Below are positions 12,901-24,900 of a DNA stretch of 64,000 bases, piece after piece. The DNA comes from Gnetum montanum (taxonomy: Eukaryota > Plantae > Gnetophyta): positions 313,330 to 377,329 of the forward strand of contig MNCI01000958.1 in the NCBI GenBank assembly GCA_015680685.1, in the 5' to 3' direction. Below the pieces are notes generated by a model that saw nothing but the letters and a program-made list of their open reading frames with translations, was not told where the DNA came from and did not search any database. Each line of letters starts with the position of its first letter. Within the stretch, counting starts at the first letter, position 1. Both the position numbers and the translations under genes were made by a program.

Positions 12901-15900
12901 AGATGAAAGAATTTTAGTAAAAGATAATATGTCATGCAATATGGTTGAAGAGGTAAATAAATAGACACAACTGTATGCATTTTATGATTGGTGCTGAAAA
13001 TGATTAGTGAAATAAATAAAAGTGAATGTGTATGTGATGCATGATGTGAAGCAAGTGTGTGCACGGAAACAACCAAGGATCCACAAGAGAAATGCCCAAG
13101 ATTAGAAATATACGTTCTTGACAAAGAATGTCAAGGAAACAAGTCAATGTGACCACAATATTGAGGAGTTCATATGGCAGAAACATCAATCCATGTACAA
13201 ATGATGTAAATTCAATCCGTTGAGAAGAATAGATGAAGTAATGTAGAGTTCATGTGAGAAAATGGATCACAGGAAAAGCCTAGGGAAAACGATGAGACAA
13301 CAAAAAGGAAAAATTTGGGTTGAACAATCACAGATGAAACACACAGACAAACAATTATATGATTATCCCATTTTTGCAAAAATCATAGGAAAATCCTAGG
13401 GAAAACAATGAGACAACAAAAAGGAAAAATTTGGGTTGAACAATCAGGATGAAACACACAAACAAACAATTATATGATTATCCCATTTTTTCAAAAGACC
13501 ACTAGGAAGAGTGAAGAGACCCAATTTGAAGAGTTGAAGGAGCCAACAAGAATTCTCAGAATAAGGACTGATGAAAGTAATCCAATTTGTAGAATTGACA
13601 AAGAATTTTTCAGTAGAGAACTGATCAAGAACGTTTTTTTTTTTTTTTTTGAGGAAATGTTCGGGATCATATTACTGAAGATAAAATACAAGATATTACC
13701 AAGCGTGGGTCAATGACATTGGCCCAAGCGGGAGGTTTTTAAGCCTCAATTGATTGTGCAAAATTGTGCACCAGACATTCATGCCAAAACACCAAGGGAA
13801 GGGGGAGGGCACCCCCCAAAACACCAAGGGGGGTCACCCCTTTGAACACCAGGTGCCCCCCTCCAACACCAAGGGGGCCCTCCAAACATCAAGGGGGTCA
13901 CCCCCCCACCCTTGGGGGGAGGGGGGCAAATGACACCGTGTCACTTCTTGAAGAACCACACAAAACATGGGGACCATGGCCGTTGTTGGGGGAAGGGGGG
14001 GGGNGGGGCGGCACCAGGGAAAAAATGGTCTCGCTATGGGCTCGTCGGTAGCCTATGACAGGTGCAATGTGGACGTTTAAGGGCATGGAGAATATCCAAC
14101 GTGTTGCTATGAAGCTCAATGTCCACAAAACTAGCAGCTTGTTGGAGTCCTTGCATGGTTGATTCACGTCAGTTTCGTTCCTCCGTCAATGTCCCCCTGT
14201 CCGGGTGGAAACGTGCCGACGTTCGATGGATGTGATGCCAAAGTTCCCCCCACGTGCAATCACAGTTGATGCCCAGGATGATGTATGGACATCGTCCAAC
14301 CCTAAGCCCACTGGTGTGCACTTTGCTCATGCGACCGATCTAACTGGCGCTGTCTCTACTCCTCCTCATCTTGCTCTTGCTCCTGCTGAGCTTGCTCAAC
14401 CACCTCATGCTCTCTTTGGGTGGTTTCCTCCTGAATCAGCTTGTCTCGCACTTGGGCCCAGATCTCGTCCACCAAATGGGCTTGGGCCACATCAGCTAGC
14501 AAGGCTTGCTACCTTGTTATCTCTTGTTCCTCTTCGTGGAAATGGGTTTCCATTTCGATCCGTGCTTGTATGAGGGCATCTTCCCGCTTTGCTTCCCACT
14601 CTCGACGTTCAGCGTTGCGCGCTGCGGTCGCGACCTCTAGAATTGCTCATTGTAGCTCCTCATTGCTTCTTTCGTTGTGCCCCGACATTCTAGGCGGTGA
14701 CATCTCCGGCACCACCATGGGGTTTGGGGTCCTCTGTCCCCTACGACTACATCTTCTCCTAGTATAAGTCACCGTAGGTTGGGTCCTCAAAATCCCCAGG
14801 CCGGTCAGAGGGGATGGGCCAAATGGGGCACCCCTTGGGGGGGGGGGGGGGTGGCCAAGCCCCTGCCCTGAAAGATGTTGCCCCCCTATTGCCGCCACAG
14901 GGCCGGGATGAGCCCAAAGTGGCGGCCTCACCTCTGCTGTTGCAGAGCCGCCAGAAAAAAACCTGGGTAAGTTAACCCTAACTCCCAATTTAAGGTATTT
15001 AAGGAAAGCAAAGTGGATGCCTTGGAGTTTTGACCCATTGCCTAACTGTACAAAAAATTGGTCCACAAGATCCGCTGCTCGGGCCTAGAGCTGGGGTAGA
15101 GAGGATCTGGGAACTTGTTTGCTTTGCGTGCATGACATCGACCTGTTGAAGAAAATTTCGGCGTCTTGTAGCCCGCATGTGGAGGGTAGAATAATTTCGC
15201 CATCGGCGTGGGCCCCCATACACCTGGCGATCGAGGATTCAATGACGATGACCTCAGTGCCCCTAATTTAAGATTGTACAGGAGATATAGCAATGATGAT
15301 CCCATTAAGGAGTTGTAAAGGATTTGTGAAGGAGATGGATTGAATCCAATAGAGTTAAATGGTGCAAACTAGATTCATCTATATATAATATATGAAATCA
15401 AATGTGTAAACCTGTGGTATGTATGAATGTTTATTAATTTGGGGGTGAGCTGGGGGGCATAGTGGGGGTGAGGGAGGAGGTGTTGGAACCCCAAAATAAG
15501 TGTAATATAAGTTATGAACGAATGAGATACACAAAATTGCACAAACCATAGAGGGATCAAGTTTATGAGCCATACTATGAAGTTTCGAGAGAGTTTTAAA
15601 GCAATGTCTTAGACTTGAATCAATAGCATCAGAAAACTAATTTGGATTTATGTCAAGGGGATCTACTATAGGACTATTTTTTTGATATGATAATGAATGG
15701 AAAGATTCAGAGAACATAGAAAACCTACATATGATCTTTATTAACTTGGAAAAAGTATGATAGAGTACTTGCACATATTATTTGGTGGGCTTTTACAAAG
15801 GAATAACATTTTGATAAATATATTAAAGTGATTTAAGGTATGTATGAAGGAGCTACTACTAGAATTTGTATAGCTTGTGGAATCACATTTGATTTTTCAG

Positions 15901-18900
15901 AAATAGCTTGTGGAAGCCTTTACTGGTTTGCTATTGTTTTCTTTTTCGAGAAAGAGGTCGGGATTATATTAAAAGAGCAAAAATACGTTACAAAGATTAC
16001 ATGCAATTACAAGCGGTGGGCCACCAGGAGAGGCCCCACCGAGAGGGGAGGGCCCTCGGGCCCCAGAAACCGCGAGCGAGACAGACAAAATAGCCAGATA
16101 GAGTAGAGAAAACCAAGAAAAGCCAAAACACCCGGGGGGGCGACCCCCCCACCAGAGACAACCCCCTACGGGTGAGTCGGAAGCCGCCGACAGGCGCAGT
16201 TGGGGCGTTCCAGCTCATGGAGGATATCGAGGGTATTCCGATGATCCTTCGTATCCACGAAATTAGCCGCCTGTTGGATGCCCTGCATAAGCGATTTGCG
16301 TCTTCCCCTGTCCTCCTGTGAACCCCCAGCATCAAGGTGGTACCGCGCAGAGGTCCGGCGGATGTGCCGCCCGAGCTCCGCCCAGGAGCACTCGCAGCTA
16401 ATGCCCAAAACAAAGTATGGGCATCGCCCCTCCCGCAGCCACTGCCGGGCATTATGCCCGTGGGCTCGGTCTAGCTGTCTCTGCCGCTGGGCTTCTTTCG
16501 CCTGGAGTCGCTCCTGCTCCGCCCGCTCCTCTAGCTTGCACCTTTTCTGAGCCTCCGCCGCCTGTGTGAGCTCCTCCCGAACCTGAGCCCTAATCTCATC
16601 GATGAGGTGGGCCTGAGCAGCCTCAGCAAGGAGCTCCTGCTACCTGACCCGCTCCTGCTCGCGCTCGGTGACCTGGGCCTCGATGTTGGCCCGGGCTTGT
16701 GCAAGGGCCTCGTTCCACTTGGCTTCCCACTCTTCCCGCACCTCGTCCGCCGCGCGCTGCGTAGCTTGTTGAAGCTCCTCCTCCCAGTTCCTTCGACCCA
16801 ATGTCTCCGACGGGGGGGGAAGGCGAGCGCTCGGGGGAGCGTCGCTCCTACGTGGTCCTCTGCCTTCGCGGAACCTGGGAACCCCAGCTGGGCCAACCAC
16901 CCCCCGCCCCAAGCACCCCCTCAGCCAGCGGCCTAGCCGCGGGGGAGCCCCCCGAACCGCCCCCCCGTGGGGGGGCAGGGGGGGCCGGGGGCAGCCCCCC
17001 ACCCCCCGCCCCCTGCCAGAGCGCCAAGATCAAACCAGAGTGCCGGCCTCGCCGTTTGAGTCTGAGCGTCGCTTTTAAGAAGCGGGGGAGGTTGACGGGG
17101 GTGCCTAACTTGAGGCACCGTAGGAACGCAAAGTGAAGGCCCTGCAACTTAGAAGCGTTGCCAGACTGCACGAAGTAGCACTCAATGAGATCAGTTCCCC
17201 TGGCCCATAAGCACGGCAAAGAGGACCTGGGGACCTGGCGACTCTGGGTCCGGGGGACGGGCCCAGGAAAAAACAACTCCGCGTCCTCTAACCCTCGGGT
17301 AGAGGGCAAGAGGACCTCCCCAGCGATCGGGGTCCCCAGACAGTTGGCAATCGAGGATTCGGTGATCCAAATTTCATGCCCGCGAAAGAGAGTACGGTCG
17401 TTGACCCAGTTGGAAAAGAACGCGTCATCCGCCAGGTTAGGGTCCCCCACCAGCCGCTGCAGCGGCTTTGACCAGCCGCACTGGGTCACTAACCGCCAAA
17501 GCGCCTCGTTATCCTAAAAAACTGCACAGTCCGGTTCAAAAGTGGGCGTTTGTCCCATGGTAGCCTCGATTTCTCTCCATGCCGTGGCAGCCTGGGAGAC
17601 CAAACGCGTCGGAGGGGGGCGCGGCTGCTGCTGAAAGACGGTGTTGTTCCGTGCCTTCCACGCTACCCATAAAAGTAGCGTGGCAGGGGAGTCGCCCGTC
17701 AGGCGTCTCGGGGGGGGGGGGCATAGCCGTAGCGCGCCACGTGGCGCACATGCAGGGGCACTCCACCGCGAAGTGCTGCGTGGTCTCTGCCTCGGCGCCG
17801 CATGAAGGACACGTCGCAGAACTGAGGATCCCGCGCCGAAGCAGTAGGGCCCGTACTGGCAGCGCATCGTTTTTGAGGAGCCACAGAAAAAATTTTATTT
17901 TTTCAGGCAGGTGCCCCTGCCATATCTGCCGCCAGCCGTCCATCCGCGGGTACTTTGTCTTCAGGAGGGCCCGTGGCTCGAGGCTCCCCCAACCCAAGGT
18001 CTGCATGGTGTGAGCGTGTCGGCAGAGCTCCTGCCAAGGTCTCGAATCGCGCGCTCCCGAAACCCAAGGCCGATATTTGGTCTGCATGATTCGGATCCAG
18101 GGGATCGGTTCTCCTTGGGGGCGCGAAAAACGGAGCAGCAACCGTTGTTGCCCGATCATCAATTCATCTTTGAAGGAAGTAACCCCCAAACCCCCAGCAC
18201 TACGGGGCCGCGCGACCCGCTCCCAGCAGACCAGATGGATTCTGCGCCCCCCCTTGCCCCCCTCCCAAACGAAGGTACGGACAAGAGAATTAACCGCAGA
18301 AACGACCGCATTCGGAGGCGTGGCCACAATTGCCACGAACCTTGCGACTGCCGTGAGGATTCCAGTGGCCACCAACAGGCGCCCTTTGCGGCTAAGGAAC
18401 CTGTTCGCCCAGTGGCCCATTCTTCTCTCGATTTTACCAAGCAGCGGGCCCCACGCCGTGGTCCGGCCCCACCTGAAAAGGGGGAGGCCCAGATATGTGT
18501 CGTTGTATGTGCCTGGCAGGATATTCAGGATGTGTATCGCCCGGTTCTTAACCTCAGCGTCCGCATTGAAGAAGTGGGCGGAGGATTTGGTTCGATTGAT
18601 TTCCAGTCCCACCTCGGCCGCGAGACGGGATAGGGCAACGTTGATACACCGCGCTTGGGGAATCGTTGCTCTACTAAACAACATCGTGTCGTCCGCATAG
18701 TGTTCGGCCCGGCAGGCCACACCGGCAATGTCAAGATCATCCACCCCTAAGGTGTTGCAATACTGCTGCATTAAGCCCATGGCAATGATGAAAAGGAGGG
18801 GCGAGAGCGGGTCCCCCTGCCTCAACCCCNCTGCAATACTGCTGCATTAAGCCCATGGCAATGATGAAAAGGAGGGGCGAGAGCGGGTCCCCCTGCCTCA

Positions 18901-21900
18901 ACCCCCGCCCAAGGGAGGAGAGGCCCCATAAACGCCCCCCACATCAAAGGAGAAACCTGCAGAGGACTGCATGTGGATGCATAAGCGGATGAACTGCAGA
19001 TCAAACCCTTTCTGTAACATGATAGACTGCAAGGCCTCCCAGCTGAGTGTGTCATAAGCCTTGGTGATGTCAAGCTTGAGGCAGAGCCCGGGAAAACCCG
19101 TAGTCCGAAGCGAGTGAAACACCTCCTGCATGACGAGGATTGGGTCCTGAATTGCCCGTCCTTGCACGAACCCCGCCTGGTTGGTCCCCACCAGCTTGGG
19201 CATGATCGACACAAGCCGATTCACCAGCAGCTTGGAGAAGACCCTGATGAGGACATTGCACACGCCAATGGGGCAAAAATGCTCGGGGCGGTGTGCATCG
19301 GATTGCTTTGGGATGCACACAATGCGGGAGCAGTTGAGTTCCCTTCGTACCTGTCTCCTGGCCAACATAAGATTGAACGCATCTAGAATATTGGGCCCCA
19401 TAATATCTATGAAAGTTTTAAAAAATTCAAGGCTCCAACCGTCAGGACCTGGCACTCTGCCACCAGGCATGCTAGTGATCGTCGCTGTGAACTCCGACCA
19501 TGAGAAGGGGGCCAACAGTCGCACGTTGTCATGCTTGCTCAGCACACGCTGCACGGGAACCGAGATGGGCGTGGTGGGGCGCTTGGCCCAAATCCCGCGC
19601 CAGTATTGCGTCAGCTCGTGCGCAATTTGTTGTGGATCATCAGTGGTTTCGCCGGCTTGATTGCGGAGGCAACGGGGTTGACATCCCCCCTGGGTTTTGG
19701 CCATAGCGAAGAAGAATCTAGTCTGCCGGTCCCCTTCTCTAATCCATCGGACTCGGGAACGTTGCCGCCAGTACGTCTCCTCTTCGAGGTCAAGGGATTG
19801 GAGCTGCCGCAACGTGTGCAACTCCTCCACGTGTAAATCCTCCCCCGCTTCCTGTCGGGCTTGGATCTGGGCAAGCTGGGTACGAAGCTTCCGTAGGCCA
19901 GTACGGAAGGAGAACTTCGCCTCCACGGGGAGGGCCCTAATGGCCCACTTCAGCCGAAGCAAGGCACCTTTGAGGAAATCTCGTGGGTCCCCCCGGTCTG
20001 GCCGGTAGTCAGCCCAAATCTCCTCCACCATTGGCCGCAGCCAAGGCTTGGCTAACCAGGCCACCTCGAAACGGAAGGGACGAGGGGCCCTTGGCTTATC
20101 CGGCCCAATCAGGCAGGTAAGCGAACGATGATTGGAAGCCACCCTTTCCTGCCCCACCACACGGATGGAGGAGTGGAGCAGGAGCTCAGCGCCAACCCAA
20201 ACCCGATCAATCTGGGTGAGAACCCGTTCTGGTCCCTTCCTTCGATTGCTCCACGTGAAATGGCAATTCTCAATTGGTAAGTCCACGAGGGAGAAGGTGG
20301 CCAGGAACGCCTGGAATTCCGCAGCCCCGGGCGGCGGGGGGGCACCCCCCCAGACTTCTCCCAAGGGTGAAGGCGCTGGTTGAAGTCCCCAACCACCAGC
20401 CACACCCGATGGTCGGGGACTAGCGCCGCCACCCGGTGCAGTTCTCGCAGCCGCTCCCCCCATTGCTGGGCGCCATAGAAATTAGTCAACCAGATCCCGT
20501 GCGCAGAGACCTGAACCGTGATGGCCCACTGCGATGCATCAAGGAGGTGCATGGCATAGTGGGCAAGAATGGCGAGGCCGTTGGCCTAACCCCGGCAGGG
20601 GTGCGTGTAGGTAGTCCAGCCCTCCCACTGGAGGAAGTGCGACTTCGTAGGCTGTAGTTTGGTTTCCTGTAGACAAACAATGTCGTAGTCTTCATCTCTG
20701 ACAATTCGACGCAGGGTGTTTCTTTTGTAGGGGGTACCCCGTCCCCTGCAGTTCCAGCTGAACACCTTCATGTATGACCAGAGGTGCGGCGTTGGTAGAC
20801 CTCCCGCAAGGTTTGTTGCTGCCCCAAGTCGATATCGCGTTGGGTTTGTTTGTTTCTGGTACTGGTCTCAGTTGGTCTGCCCGGACGGTTCTCGCCGACT
20901 CGCACTACTGTCGCCGTAGGCTCCGTCGCCTGGCGCCGCCGAGCCCGGGTGCTCCCCTGAACCACGTTAACCCACTCCCCCAGAGGGGGCAACGTAGGTT
21001 CCGACCCCGCCCCAGGAGGGGCACGGGGCGACAGGGGAGGGGTCGAGTGGGGGTGGGTCTTAGTGGGTGAAAGTTGGGCCCCGGGGGAGGTNNNNNNNNN
21101 NNNNNNNNNNNNNNNNNNNNNNNNNNNNNNNNNNNNNNNNNNNNNNNNNNNNNNNNNNNNNNNNNNNNNNNNNNNNNNNNNNNNNNNNNNNNNNNNNNNN
21201 NNNNNNNNNNNNNNNNNNNNNNNNNNNNNNNNNNNNNNNNNNNNNNNNNNNNNNNNNNNNNNNNNNNNNNNNNNNNNNNNNNNNNNNNNNNNNNNNNNNN
21301 NNNNNNNNNNNNNNNNNNNNNNNNNNNNNNNNNNNNNNNNNNNNNNNNNNNNNNNNNNNNNNNNNNNNNNNNNNNNNNNNNNNNNNNNNNNNNNNNNNNN
21401 NNNNNNNNNNNNNNNNNNNNNNNNNNNNNNNNNNNNNNNNNNNNNNNNNNNNNNNNNNNNNNNNNNNNNNCGGAGGCGACAGTCGACCTCCTGATGTCCG
21501 GGTTTCCCGCACCCCCCCGGCCGACCGGCCTTTGGGTCATACGTCGGGGCGGGTTCCGTCCCAAGGTTCTCGAAGGTGACCTGGAGGGTCTCCTCCCCCC
21601 CAGGAAGCTCCAACACGACCTCCCGGACAAGGTTAGTCTTCGACAAGCTGCGCCAGACGCAGAATTGGGCGAAGCCCATTCGCGCCATGGACCGCGTGAC
21701 GCGGTCGAAAGCGATGAATTCGCTGAAAAAACCGGCCAGTTCCGTGAGGAAAGCGAGACTCCAGAGCACCCAGGGAACGTCGGCCGCGCGCACCCAGACC
21801 GGAGCCCGGGTGAACAAGTCTGTCTCGCGGTGAGCCCTGGGGCGCCAAGGGGTTAAGGCGAGGCCCCGAGCCCCGTAGAACCACGGGCCACCAAGCAACA

Positions 21901-24900
21901 CAGAATCCCGAGCTTGCATGGAGGGAAGGACGAAAAGGAGCAAGTCCTCGGACAAGCTCCGCACATCGACATCCCCAACCTGCCATTGCTCCCTCACCCA
22001 CCGGCGAATAAGGTCCAGGCACGGGCGGGATCCTCGAGAGATGAAACGGCCGATGAGGCTCCTCTCTATTGTTCGGACACCCTCCGTTGGAGGGTGGTTG
22101 ACTCGCAGCCTCAGGGTGTGGTCACTGCGGGAGTGGGCCGTAATGGTGCTAGCCCCCAAACCATTGGGAGTGTCCTCAGCGAAGGGGCCCGTGCCAGCAC
22201 CGGTACTGGTGGCCGCGGCGGCAAGGATTGTCATTCCCGCGATGGTTGTAGCGGTAGTGGCAGTTGCGGCCACAGTGACCGTGTCTGTTGTGTCTAGCGT
22301 GCCGGTGGTGCCGGTTGTGGCGCCGGTGGCTGCGGCACTGTCGTTGGCAGGGGTGGTGGTTTTGGCAACGACGGTGGCGTCGGTGGCGGTGGTGGCGTCA
22401 GTGGCGTCAGTGGCGGTGGTGGCGGTGGTGGCGTCGGTGGCGTTGGGTGTGTTCATCTTCTTCCCGCTCTCCAAGAGGTGGGAATTAGAAGGCATCTATT
22501 GTTAATTAGAAGGAAATATATGATGAAATCCCTTGGTATATGTTGTTTGTATATGATAGTCTTCATGGATACATCTTAAGCAAATATTACTTCTAAAATG
22601 GGAAAGTGGGAACATGTTCTTAAATCAAAAGGCTTAAAAATTAGTAAAAGTAAGATAAAATACATGGAATCTAATTATAGCAAAAGTATAATTGGTAATG
22701 GAATATAAGTAATAATTCAAGGCCAAAAAGTTCCTCATTACACAGTTTTGCTACTTAGGAACAATGGTCTAGTTAGAAGGTAAAATTTATAAGGATGTAA
22801 GAAATAGGATTAAGGTAGGGTGGTTAAAAATGGAGATAGGCTAGTGATTTTTTATTTGATAAAAGAATCCCAATAAAACTAAAGAAAAAAAATCATCTAT
22901 TAAAACTAAAGAATCCCAATAAAACATCTATTAACCATCATCTATCCTTACTTCAACAAATTATTCATTGTTAAAACTTTTTGTTTTCGTGCCAATTGAA
23001 AAAGACATGAACTTTAAGGATTAGATCCAACTTCTTCCAATGAATAACTTCTTTAACTAGTTGACCTATGTATAAAATATCACAAGCCTTTGCTACTTTG
23101 TAAGAATGTTTATTTCCTCCATAATCAAAGCCTTAACATCTTGAGATTTCATGTAGTGATATCTCATCCATGCGTGTACTTTTTCAAGTGCTATTCATGT
23201 TCACATTCACCCTTTATTACTTGCATGACATTCTCCTTCATAATTCTCCAAGATAGCTTTCCCAAAAAAGCCATATTTAATTAATGTAAGTCCAAGTAAA
23301 CCACATTTCCATGGATGACAAACTGTATCTCAATTCAATAGATGAATTTTTTCCCTTCGTCCGAATCTTGCTAAAGAAAATCTATTCGAATTTTTCAAGT
23401 TTTTTTACTCCTTTAAAGTTCAAAGACAACATTAAATATAGTGGAATAGATTGAAAATAGCTACAAATTAATTGTTATCTTCTAGCCATGGTAAGAAACT
23501 TTCCTTGGTAACCAACTAATTTCTATGTCATCCTCTATGAAACATTGTTCAACAATTCTAACTTATTTCTTTCCAAAAATAATGTTTTGCCTAATTATTG
23601 CTTGGAAGACTTAGCTCGCTTACAATTTAACACATTTGAAACATTTTGCTTTTATATATCCGAAAACGAATAGGAAACAAAATGCTTTTATCATATATAT
23701 ATATTTTTAAATTCTGAAACTTGTTAAAAATAAGTCAACACCTCTTTAACATTTGTTAGGCATCTTTCTTCAGCTTCAAGGATGATAAAAGCATCATCAA
23801 CAAATTACACGTAAAATCAGGCAAACCATAAGTTGGTGTAATTCCTTTAATTTCCCCTTTTATAGCTTTCTCTTTAATCAGACATCCTAAAGCTTCAACT
23901 GCCCTATCTCAACCCATTGTTGCTTTAAAATCTTTCATGTGCTTCTCCATTAAGCAACGTTAAAAATGATGTTGTAGCATAACATTTTTTAGCCATTGAC
24001 TACTAATTATTAGGAAATACAAATTTATATAATATGACATGCAAAAATCTACATAAAACACAATCATAAACTTTTCTTAAATCAAGTTTAAGCTTAAGTA
24101 AATTTCTATTCTGTTTTGAAGCTGAACGAAAAATTTCATAGATAAGAATAATCTGATTTAATATTTGTCTACCTTTCACAAATCTTGCTTGGCAATTGTT
24201 GATGATGGATTAGTCTTTCTGTTAAAACTTTACAAATAATTTTATAAAGAATATTATACAAACCTATAGGCATTTTGTATATCCTGACTGACATCTAGAT
24301 CTCCAAAATTCATGGATTATATCTTGTATATCCTTCCGTATTCTGAATGATCTTGGCCCTATACTTTTAAAATTGGGATTGGATTAGTAGGAAAGCACCT
24401 GATTTAATCAGGAAGTGGATTGATTTTTGTGGCATACCTCGCATAATATAGGCTCTGGAACAAATTAGAGAGCTTATATGAAGGCAAGAATGCACAAAAC
24501 AAAGCATTAATGATTTGAATGTTCATGAATCTAGAGTACAAGGATGGACAAAGTGTTACAAAGAACTTGAACAAGTTCTAGGAACTCCTAAATCAACTGG
24601 TTACAAGGAAGCTTGTGCTAAATGATGAGGTACAAGCATTGATTTTGTTAAGTTCTTTATCAGCTAGCTGGGAGACTTTGGTGGTTTTTGTTAGCAATAT
24701 AACTCCTCAACTCTTGATGGAAAGGTAACTTTGAGCAGAGTCAAGGATAGTCTGCTCAATGAACAGGCCAGAAGAAAATTGGTCTCTTCTGCGTTTGAGG
24801 CATTGGTTGCACATAAGAAGGGTAGAAACAAGAATGGAACTTTTTCAGATAAAAACTATATAAACTCTTACGATAGGAAAGAGAGAACTGCTTAAATTTC

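Larger units (their letters stand above)
15939..22495 (-). mobile_element. L1-clade LINE copy A, near full length, young, GC/CpG-rich
   Basis: TSD CTATTGTT at 15931-15938 and 22496-22503; A-rich tail; ORF1 plus ORF2 (APE, RT, zf-RVT, extension); inserted into the RTE RT region. Confidence 0.93.

Noticed and set aside
13785-13930. CRISPR-like repeat-spacer array
   Set aside because: Eukaryotic LINE 3'UTR; repeats are short and degenerate, spacers are low-complexity, and there are no cas genes.
16848-17489. Independent 'ORF3' downstream of ORF2
   Set aside because: It starts at GTG, is in frame with the ORF2 C-terminus, and the separating TAG is not shared with copy C; better explained as a mutated ORF2 fusion.
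18757-18905. Exact ~73-bp duplication of the RQGDPLSPLLF region in LINE copy A
   Set aside because: Identical copies flank a single N at 18830, typical of an unmerged contig overlap.
13764-22505. Numerous + strand ORFs over the GC-rich LINEs, including X-filled ORFs
   Set aside because: Antisense shadows of GC-rich coding sequence, or ORFs reading through the N gap; no recognisable motifs.
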